From the IMG/VR virus record IMGVR_UViG_3300029228_000011: a stretch of DNA of 37,280 nt; one strand, given 5' to 3'. This document shows, piece after piece, positions 22,533-31,000 of this stretch. This DNA comes from a virus. The stretch's first letter is position 1; every line of letters begins with the position of its first letter. The notes beneath the pieces were generated by a model. The model was not told the origin of the DNA. It made no database searches and saw nothing but the letters and a program-made list of their open reading frames with translations. A program made the translations under genes and the position numbers.

Positions 22533-22554
22533 TATGCAACACGAAATGCAACAC
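22533..22554 (+). repeat. 22-nt direct repeat, copy 2
   Basis: Identical to 22330..22351. It lies on the other side of the tRNA-like core. Confidence 0.8.
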
Positions 22555-22567
22555 GAATTTTAATTTC

Positions 22568-23452
22568 TTATACCCTCTCCACTTTCTTCAAATACACCCA
22601 TCCTGCACCGCTTTTCAGCTTGCCGAATCCGTTCTTTTCTTCTACGATCTCGTACTTACCTGACTGCAAAAATGTTCTGGCAGCACTGTATGTTTTGGCC
22701 GGTCCTGTCCTGATTGGAACATTTGTGGTTTTCGGCCGCACCTTGTATGGGAGTTTTGCGGATGTGTACACCTTTTTACCGGCATCGTTGTAGACATGAT
22801 AACCGGCGTGCTGATCTGCACACTGCTTCGCCTTCTTCAGTGTCTGAAACGCTCCGATCTGGCTTTTCTCATTTTTCCAGGTCTTGCGGACACGGTACCA
22901 TGTTTTGCTGGTGGCTGGGAGAATGTCGCCATTCTGTCCAGAAATGGCTTGTTTGAAGGCATCCCATGTATACGTACCTGTATTGTATACATACGGATTC
23001 GGGCAAATTTTTCCGGTTACATCATAGTGGCGAATAACATGATCTGCAGGAATGTTGTATTTCTTCATCAGATATCTGGTCAGCTCAATAGCAGACTGTA
23101 CTGTTGCTCCTTCAAAATACCAGTCCTTATCTGTTGCCCCAAGACTCGCCGCATTCTTCTTTCGCACACACATCTCAATCCCAATGCTATTAGCGTTTCT
23201 GCATTCCGGATGTTTGTAACTGCTCGCCCCACAATGCCAGGCGATATTCCGATCTTCCACGCACTGCCAAATTTCGCCGGCGAAACCGACAAAATAGTGT
23301 GCGGATGCTCCACGATTACCACCGCCGTAATATGAACAGTTTTCCTGTGCTCCGCCCAATGCCCCAACATAATGGATCACAATATATTTGATCCTGGAAA
23401 TATTGCCTGGATTATAATTGTAATTTGAAATCATTCGGTTAATCTTGTTCAT
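22568..23452 (-). CDS. Endolysin: N-acetylmuramoyl-L-alanine amidase (Amidase_2/PGRP type) with a C-terminal SH3-like wall-binding region
   Basis: 294 aa. IKYIVIHYVG...SAHYFVG...NIAWHCG...NSIGIEMC are amidase_2 motifs. The C-terminal repeats have KTWYRV/GWVYL SH3-like signatures. The gene follows the holin. Confidence 0.9.
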   Translation of the reverse strand: MNKINRMISNYNYNPGNISRIKYIVIHYVGALGGAQENCSYYGGGNRGASAHYFVGFAGEIWQCVEDRNIAWHCGASSYKHPECRNANSIGIEMCVRKKNAASLGATDKDWYFEGATVQSAIELTRYLMKKYNIPADHVIRHYDVTGKICPNPYVYNTGTYTWDAFKQAISGQNGDILPATSKTWYRVRKTWKNEKSQIGAFQTLKKAKQCADQHAGYHVYNDAGKKVYTSAKLPYKVRPKTTNVPIRTGPAKTYSAARTFLQSGKYEIVEEKNGFGKLKSGAGWVYLKKVERV

Positions 23453-23480
23453 AGTCTCTACCGCCTTTCTCAGAGGACGC

Positions 23481-23909
23481 TCATGCGTCCCCTTTTTTCT
23501 CTGCTTTCTGTGTCAGTATGTCGATCGCATTGGCGATCACTGCCGGCAGCGGTATGCCCATCAGTCCGGCATTCTCTACGATACTGATCAGCTCGTTCGC
23601 CATAAATCCGATGATCACAGCATTCCTGATGTAATCCACACCGATTGCCAGATCCAGCCGGTATGCCACCAGAACAAACAGCAGCGTCATGCATTTCCTG
23701 CACAGACCTTTCCAGCCTGTCCGGCTTTCCAGTGTTCCGGATTCCGTCTTCTTGCTGTTGTGGAACACACCGGCAACAATCAGACCGGATATGTAGTCAA
23801 TTGCCATGAAAATGATTAAAGTTACAAGAGCCTGATCCCAGCCTCCAAAAAAATAAGCAATCGTCCCACCGATTGCTCCTGTGATCGTGCAAACCATTTC
23901 TTTTTTCAT
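23481..23909 (-). CDS. Holin (TcdE/phage_holin_4-like)
   Basis: 142 aa, three or four hydrophobic segments. GGWDQALVTLIIFMAIDYISGLIVAGVF...FMANELISIVENAGLMGIPLP matches the recalled family pattern. Confidence 0.85.
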   Translation of the reverse strand: MKKEMVCTITGAIGGTIAYFFGGWDQALVTLIIFMAIDYISGLIVAGVFHNSKKTESGTLESRTGWKGLCRKCMTLLFVLVAYRLDLAIGVDYIRNAVIIGFMANELISIVENAGLMGIPLPAVIANAIDILTQKAEKKGDA

Positions 23910-23932
23910 CCTCGTTAGTCTTTCCTTTCTTG

Positions 23933-24532
23933 TTACTCTGTGAGAACATTGATTCTTCGCACCCAGATACCTTCGCCGTTCTCGTTGGCTGATATCATCA
24001 TATACTTTGCATTATCCGGAACAGTAACGATATAATCACAGTCCCCTTCTTCTTCGATTTCTACAGCTGAAACCATTGTGAATCCGGCACTGCTGTTATC
24101 AACTGCAAAAATAATCGGATATTTTCCGCGTCCACTACCGGCTCGTGATACCATGCTCGTATGTATGATATACCGTTCGCCTCGTTGTACATTCAGTGTT
24201 GTACACTGTGTTTTTGCCCCTTCCATAAGTACACACGAACTGCCAGCATCTTGTGCTTCCCACAGTTTGCCGTCTGTGATAGACACTGTTTTTTCTACTG
24301 AAAAAATTGCCTGTACATTCCGGACATCCTTGCGTGTTTTTGCCATCAACGCCTTACTCTGTCCTGTAATACCTGCCATCTTTGTTTCCATATCTTTTAC
24401 GTGCTCATTTGTATAACTCTTACACGCCTCAGCGTTATTGTAACATTCTTGGATGCTGTCATGGATCGACTGCCGGACATCCCGCCCGTAGACTGCCGCC
24501 AGTATCTTTTTTAAGTTCTCTGTTATAGCCAT
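23933..24532 (-). CDS. Hypothetical tail-fibre-associated protein (199 aa)
   Basis: ORF track. Lies between the fibre genes and the lysis cassette. Confidence 0.6.
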   Translation of the reverse strand: MAITENLKKILAAVYGRDVRQSIHDSIQECYNNAEACKSYTNEHVKDMETKMAGITGQSKALMAKTRKDVRNVQAIFSVEKTVSITDGKLWEAQDAGSSCVLMEGAKTQCTTLNVQRGERYIIHTSMVSRAGSGRGKYPIIFAVDNSSAGFTMVSAVEIEEEGDCDYIVTVPDNAKYMMISANENGEGIWVRRINVLTE

Positions 24533-24547
24533 TCCTGTTCCCCTTTC

Positions 24548-25321
24548 CTATGAAAATGTCAGCTTCAATGCCGCATGCACACCACATGGTGCATTGTTGA
24601 CTGCGTTGGTTGTATTCGGCATCGTTGCGGCAATAGATACCATATTACGGTTGACAACGCCCCGGTAGGACGATGCCGCTACCAGCGTGGATGCATTGCC
24701 ACCATAAATATAATTCCCATTCTGCCGGATCTGCAGTCCGGTTGCCGATGCTATGCTAACAGAACTGCAGCCGACAATCGGTGTCGATACCGGAATGCAG
24801 AACTGCACTTCCTTGCCTGCGGATGTCACATAGCCAGCCGTGAAACATTCAATATTTATGCTGTCGCCCTTGGTCAGGATATTCATATTTCCGACTACAA
24901 ACCAGTATGATCCGCTGTAGACCAGCTCCAAAACCGTGTACTGATCTATCAGCTCTGCAGGGATGTTGCTGTTCCGGTAATAGATTGGCTTCGCCCCTGT
25001 ACTATTGACGTTCAGTGTTGGATTTGCAGCGGTGTTGGCATAACTGAAACGCACAAACACCCTTGCACCAGCTGCCAGCTTAAAGTTCGACAGGCTGACC
25101 GTCTTTGCGGCGGTCGATCCCGTCGTATAACACACGGCATAATGGGCAATGTCAGCCGTACCATTGAAATTAACGCCATCTATTGCTCGTGTTGTCTGGA
25201 GTTTTGTAGCTGTTCCTGCATTTCCTGTAATCGTTGTCGGTGTTCCTCCGCCATTGGCATCCACATAACTTTTCACTTTCTTCCATAACTCAGTAAGCCC
25301 CGCCTTATCTAGATATGCCAT
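24548..25321 (-). CDS. Tail fibre / receptor-binding protein, paralog 2
   Basis: 257 aa. The N-terminus MAYLDKAGLTELWKKVKSYVD parallels that of the upstream fibre gene. The remainder is Gly/Thr/Asn-rich and beta-type. Confidence 0.7.
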   Translation of the reverse strand: MAYLDKAGLTELWKKVKSYVDANGGGTPTTITGNAGTATKLQTTRAIDGVNFNGTADIAHYAVCYTTGSTAAKTVSLSNFKLAAGARVFVRFSYANTAANPTLNVNSTGAKPIYYRNSNIPAELIDQYTVLELVYSGSYWFVVGNMNILTKGDSINIECFTAGYVTSAGKEVQFCIPVSTPIVGCSSVSIASATGLQIRQNGNYIYGGNASTLVAASSYRGVVNRNMVSIAATMPNTTNAVNNAPCGVHAALKLTFS

Positions 25322-25348
25322 GTTCCTTCCTCCTTATATCAATTCACT

Positions 25349-26179
25349 TTACACGCAGATTGCATCAATTTCGGCATTGGTAAGTGCATCGACCACAAAC
25401 AATCCGCCCAATGCATCCCATGCCTTGCCGTCCCACGCCACGTTGGTACCTGCCGGGCCGTAGTCAGATGCTGCTTCCAGGTTGTATACGTCACCGGCAA
25501 CCTGCCCTGTAGTCGGCAGTTTTGTTGCATCTGCCAGGGAACCCTTGTACTTATACACGCCTGTAATGTCGGATTTCTTCGCATAGATACCAGATAAATC
25601 TGCCTCTGTTGGCAAATCATTCAGTTTTGAAAACATCGCTGGAGGCATGAGACCCATATTACCAGTAGTTGCAACTGGAATATTTACTTTTACGGTACTT
25701 CCTGCAAAAGTGAGACCAACAGATGCTTGCGTGTAATCTTCCTCAGTATAGGCCATTGTCATGGCTTCCCATGTTCCTTTACCGCTCAGAAGTTTACCCG
25801 TATCGCCTTTCGCCGGTGCCGGTACCAGTCCGTGTGTACCTGCCGCATTAGCTGTTGCACCCTTGAAGTCAGAGTAGGTCGTGTTTGATGCCGGGATGCC
25901 TAAGCCTGTGATATCTGTCTTAGTAACTGGTGTCGTACCAGATACGTGTCCGGCTGCATCCACGGTCACTTTGTACAGTCCGTTTGTTTTCGCCGTATAA
26001 CTCGGATGCACATATTTGTTCGCACCGGTTTCGATTCCTGTCAGTTTGTTCTTCTCTGCTGTCGTATAGTCGTTCGTAGACAGTCCTTTACCGCTTACTT
26101 TGTCTACCTTCCCTGATAATGCTGTTTTGATCTTGCCCCAAAGATAAGTTAATCCCGCTGTATCCAAAAATTTTGCCAT
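25349..26179 (-). CDS. Tail fibre protein, paralog 1
   Basis: 276 aa, counting from the ATG at 26179 (MAKFLDTAGLTYLWGKIKTAL). Fibre repeat signatures: SGKGLSTNDYTTAEKNKL and GLVPAPAKGDTGKLLSGKGTW. Confidence 0.75.
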   Translation of the reverse strand: MAKFLDTAGLTYLWGKIKTALSGKVDKVSGKGLSTNDYTTAEKNKLTGIETGANKYVHPSYTAKTNGLYKVTVDAAGHVSGTTPVTKTDITGLGIPASNTTYSDFKGATANAAGTHGLVPAPAKGDTGKLLSGKGTWEAMTMAYTEEDYTQASVGLTFAGSTVKVNIPVATTGNMGLMPPAMFSKLNDLPTEADLSGIYAKKSDITGVYKYKGSLADATKLPTTGQVAGDVYNLEAASDYGPAGTNVAWDGKAWDALGGLFVVDALTNAEIDAICV

Positions 26180-26198
26180 AATGTTTTCTTCCTTTCTT

Positions 26199-27368
26199 TT
26201 AACTGTAAATGCAGATCTCATCAATCTGCCCATTCGTTATCGCCGTTACTGTTGTATACTTCACACGCCCCTGCCCTGCCTGTAGCTGTTGCTGTGTGTA
26301 TGTTAATGCCGTACCGCCAAGCGTGACCTTGCTGTTTGCCGGTTTTAACAGGTCTGTCACCTTCTTCGTGATCTGCAGCAGCTGCTGTATGTTGTACGTG
26401 GGTGCTGCACAAAAAACCTTTTCACCGATCCGCAGCATATCCACATCATAACCGGCATCCGACAGGTCGATTGCAGATAATTCTGTCACCAGATTTACCC
26501 CGTTGATCTTCTTAAATGCCTTTTCGCCTTCTTCTTTCAGCTTCGTGGGGTCCTGTATTTCGGAAAACTCCACGGTCTTCGTGATGATGCCGTATTCTTT
26601 CACGGCTGCCGCGTCTTCCAGGTAATCCTTGCCACCGTTTACATTTGCGATCGTGACCGGCCATTCGTTGTTTGACGTCGATGCCCCGAGCGGGATCAGA
26701 CGTGTTGCAAGTTCATCCGTCTTGACGTTCTTGGTAACATCAATTATGTTCTGCCCCTGCCGTATATCCTGGCCGCCTGCCTGTTCATATTCTGCCAGGT
26801 AATCAATATAGTGCACACCGCCGACGGTTCGTGTTCGGATATACCCGCCGCTTTCTGCGACGAGTTCATCCATTATGTCCCTCGTGGTGCTGTAATCGTT
26901 CCGCTCCCGATCTGCCGTTTCCCCGGTAATAGTCACCTGACCGATCAGGAACTGCTTGAAATCATCCACCTGTTCGTTGTGCTTCTTAACCAGCCACTTG
27001 AAATAATTTCCTGGCGTTGTCTTTCCCGGTACATCCGTGCCGGTCTTGTGGAATGGACGGATGATGCTGTCCTGAAAAAATACTAGGTCGCCTTCTGTCT
27101 GGATCTCCATCTCAAGATCCCTGTCTTCGACGGTGTTCATCACAACGCCCCGGTAGATCGTCTTCTCACTGCCCGTCAGGTCGAACCGGATTACTTCCAG
27201 CATGGACTTTCGCCGCAGGACGGATGCCGCAAGCGGATGGTCCAGGACGATCGAGACATCACAGGAACCGTTTTTGTTGACTTCCTGAGTCAGTGCCCCT
27301 TCCGTAATGCAGCGGCCTCTTATCCACGGATGGTACAGGTAGGAACCATCCAGCGTGATCTTATACAT
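26199..27368 (-). CDS. Tail-associated protein (Tal / prophage tail endopeptidase-like baseplate protein)
   Basis: 389 aa. Lies directly after Dit, with a 1-nt overlap. Confidence 0.7.
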   Translation of the reverse strand: MYKITLDGSYLYHPWIRGRCITEGALTQEVNKNGSCDVSIVLDHPLAASVLRRKSMLEVIRFDLTGSEKTIYRGVVMNTVEDRDLEMEIQTEGDLVFFQDSIIRPFHKTGTDVPGKTTPGNYFKWLVKKHNEQVDDFKQFLIGQVTITGETADRERNDYSTTRDIMDELVAESGGYIRTRTVGGVHYIDYLAEYEQAGGQDIRQGQNIIDVTKNVKTDELATRLIPLGASTSNNEWPVTIANVNGGKDYLEDAAAVKEYGIITKTVEFSEIQDPTKLKEEGEKAFKKINGVNLVTELSAIDLSDAGYDVDMLRIGEKVFCAAPTYNIQQLLQITKKVTDLLKPANSKVTLGGTALTYTQQQLQAGQGRVKYTTVTAITNGQIDEICIYS

Positions 27369-28054
27369 TAGAACCTGCCCCCTCTGTATTCTACGGAAAC
27401 CGTGCCGCCATCCCCTTTAAACTGCATGGTATGGATGCCCTCTGTGATCAGGATATCAGGCACCGTACTGTGCCCTTTTGGGATCTGGTAGCTTTTTCCG
27501 TCATATGTCACTGTGACCGCCGCCGAAGCTTCAAAAACACACCCCGTCGGCATCACATCCCCTACGACCGTGATTTCACCCGGTACCGGGATGTTTTTAT
27601 AGTCTCTGATGATATCCGTTTCAAAATTGAATCTGTCCCATTCCCAGTCATCCAGTGACGTTTTCCGTGCCAGCTTGTACGGCTCTGCATCCAGTGTGAC
27701 CACGATCTGACTGTAATGCTGGTTGAGCTTGCTGCTGTCCACGCTTACCCTGGCATCGTAATAATAGCCGTCATCCCCGAAGATGACCGGGAGCCGCCTG
27801 CCGTGCAGTTTCCCGCGGATGTCACTGGCTTTTGACAGCCAGGTGCTGTAAGTGCCGTCCTTGAAGTCGAACGTCAGCTTATGTGTTGCATTGTCGTACA
27901 CTGGGAAACCGGTAATGGCTTCCGTCAGATCCAGTGCACCGTTCCTGCCGGGGATGGTCACGGTACTTTTCCGGACGGACGGCGTACCAAGGTCCACACC
28001 CAGCAGTTTCAGCCCAAAATCGCCCATTTTATACTTTCCGATCTGTACATCCAT
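27368..28054 (-). CDS. Distal tail protein (Dit)
   Basis: 228 aa. Lies directly after the tape measure gene. The sequence ...GRNGALDLTE...LPVIFGDDGYYYDARV is typical of siphovirus tail family proteins. Confidence 0.75.
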   Translation of the reverse strand: MDVQIGKYKMGDFGLKLLGVDLGTPSVRKSTVTIPGRNGALDLTEAITGFPVYDNATHKLTFDFKDGTYSTWLSKASDIRGKLHGRRLPVIFGDDGYYYDARVSVDSSKLNQHYSQIVVTLDAEPYKLARKTSLDDWEWDRFNFETDIIRDYKNIPVPGEITVVGDVMPTGCVFEASAAVTVTYDGKSYQIPKGHSTVPDILITEGIHTMQFKGDGGTVSVEYRGGRF

Positions 28055-31000
28055 CAGCTTCCCCTCCTCTGTCGGTTCCGTATTGTGTTCATGTTTTCAT
28101 TGACGTATGGTGTGACCGCCTTGCCCACCGTCCTTCCATCCAGGTCGACCGTGGTATGGATCTCAGCCTGTAACTGCACCGGCTGATTATTTGCCAGGCT
28201 GATCTGTGGCGATGACACGTTGACCGTCGGGCTTGCACCCATGGATTCCAGGCTTGCAATTGTGTTCTGCATCCTTTCCACTTCTGCCATGACTGCCTGC
28301 ATTTCCGCCTGGGTGCCCTGCTCGATTTTCTTCCTGGCTTTTTCATATTCTTTTGTTTCCCGGTATACCTGCCATTCTTTTTCTTCCTTTTTGTTTTTGG
28401 CAGTCGTTTTCTTTTTCTTTGCTGATGTCTTGCCCGAAGCTGCAGTTCCAGTGCCCTTTGCCTCTGCTGTCGTTTTGCTGCCTTCTGCTTTTTTGCCGTC
28501 TTTTCCAAGCCCAAACGCTTTTTTAAACGCTTCGATCATATCCTTTGCAATGCCCCGCATGGATTTTTTCAGCGTTTCTTTTTCGCCATTCAGACTCTTG
28601 ATCAGGCTCTTGGCGATCTTCTTTCCGGCTTCTTCGGCTGCTTCCTGTGCGGTTTTGGCTGCCTCTTCCACTTCTTTCGTCCATCCGGCTTTTACATCTG
28701 TCAGACGCTGTTCGAAAAATTCCTTGCTGTAGGTTTCGGACGAACCCTGCAGCTGTTCCCATTTCTTCTTGTACGCCGCCAGTTCTTCCGCTGACATTGC
28801 GTTCAGGTGCTCCACGAAGTTGTCTGCCTCGTTCAGATCCATGCCAAGGATCTGGTCCATCAGGCTTTCCGGTATCTTGTCCTTGAGCTTTTTCAGGCCT
28901 TCCTGGTACCGCTCGACTTGTGTCAGCTGGGTGTCCAGGTCGTACATATTGGCCGGCTCTGACATCTTCTTTTTCATGTCGTCCCGAAATGAGATGATCT
29001 TGTCGTAAGCTTTCTGGTACTTGTCTGCGATCTCATCCAGCTTCTTGTCTAAGTCGTCTTCGATCTTACTGTAAGCTTTCTCTGTCCCTTCTTTCAGGGC
29101 ATCCATGAACGTTGATGTGTATTTATTGGCATAGTTCTTGATTTTTTTGGCGTTCTTCCGGAACTTTTTTGCTTCTTCCTGGAGCTTTTTCTTCTGCGTT
29201 GCATCCGTGGTGTTGCCCGCCTCTGTTTTCTTGTCTTCGGCCAGTTTTTCGTATTTTTTTACAACTTTATCCACATAGCCGTCAATCTTGTTATCCAGTT
29301 TCGACACCAGAAGCTCCTGCCGCTTATCGAGTCCGTTTGTGATGGACTCCATGATCGCAGACGCCGCATCAGAATAACCGCCCTTTGCCGCATCCACTTC
29401 ACCGGCTGCTTTGACAGCTTCCTCTGACATCTTTTTCATGGTCTTTTTCAGCTTCGGGACTTCGGCTTCAATGCCCTTGATCACACCGCTGACAATATTC
29501 TTTCCGATCTTGTTCTTGAAAACTTTAGATGGAGAATGGATACCAAGCTCGTCTTTGGTGGCATCTACAGACACTTTTGCAAGATCTCTGGCACTCTTTT
29601 CAACATCTCCGCTGCCTTCATCAATACCGACTGCCATACCTGCCGCCAGCATCTCACCAACTTCGTCACGCATGACACGGGATGGGGATTTTATGTTGCC
29701 TTCCTTTTTTGCCCCGGCAACTGCATTTCTGACCGCTGCCCTTGCAGCTTCTTCGACTGCCGGGGAATTGGCTGTCATACCGGCAACGGTTCCACGCATC
29801 AGGTTCGCACCAACGTTATAGAACCCGTTGTAATATCCCAGTGCTGCGTCTTCCGCTTTCCGAATGGAATTGCTCGCCGCCTGTGACACCTGCCCGGAAT
29901 TCTGCTGGATTCCGTCCGCGGTTGCTTTCTGCGACTCTTTTCCGGCTTCCTCTCCGCCTTTCCTGGCCGCCTCCGTGACTTCCTTCTGGCCGGATTCGAT
30001 CCCGCTTTTTGCCTTTTCTGTGTGCTCTTTGCCGCTCTGTTCCCCAATTTCGCCAGCTTTCTGTACAATCTCCTGACCAGTACTGTCCCAGTTGGTTATA
30101 ATGGCAGCAAATTTCTCTGAATAGGCTTCTGCCGCTTCGCCACCACTCTCAGAATATGCTACCACTGCATCTTGTAATTCTTTTCCTGTCATTTCTGTGC
30201 ACGCTTTGACAAGATTTGCACTCTGAGGTCCCAGATTAACCAAATATGAAAAAAATTCTTTCGTCATGCCCTCTCCGGCACGTCCTGCAAGTGTTATCAG
30301 GTTATCTGCCCACTGATCTACACCATTTGCTGCACTTTGCAGATGTGTTACTACATCTCCTGCCGAAATCTCTTCACCGCCCGAAAAATCTTCGTATGCA
30401 TTTACAACGCCTTTCAAGTTGTTCTGGATGGACGTTTTCATGTCCTCGTAGGCTTGTTTGACCTCATCGGACATTTCTGTTGCAGAATCTGCCACGCCCT
30501 GGTTTGATTCTTCAACAGCGGTTTTATACTCGTAAGCTTTCTCCGCTATTTTGTTGTATCTTTCGTCTGCTTCCGAAGTTGTTCCCTGTAAGCCGGCAAC
30601 GACTTCTTTCTGTTCTTTTATCTGGCCGTTCAGGGCATTCAGCTGCAATGCATATTTGTCAACCGGTTCACCGGCTGCTGCGTAACTGCTCGCCATTTCC
30701 TGCACGGATTCCGTGCCGTCCTGTACCGCAGCGTTATGTTCGTTAATCTTCTTTACTGCCTGTGACCGCAGGTCGTTGAGCACTTCTTCCGCTTCTGACA
30801 GCTGGATCTGTGCCTCTGCCAGATCAGAAGCCGCCTTGTTTGCCTGTTCCTGATAAGCATTTGCAAGTGCCTGCTGCTTCATGGAATCGATCACGGCATC
30901 CACTGCGGATTTCTCCCTGTTCAGTGCCCCGGTTGTTTCATCAATGGAAAGTCCAAGCTCCGGCATGGCCCCGTTGAGCTGGTCGACGATCGTGTTCATC

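Noticed and set aside
28089-28514. Lys/Arg-rich alternative-frame ORFs inside the tape measure gene (28089..28514, 28523..28762, 29799..30068, 32580..32861).
   Set aside because: These are same-strand off-frame readings of GA/AG-rich coiled-coil coding sequence. They have no independent start signals.
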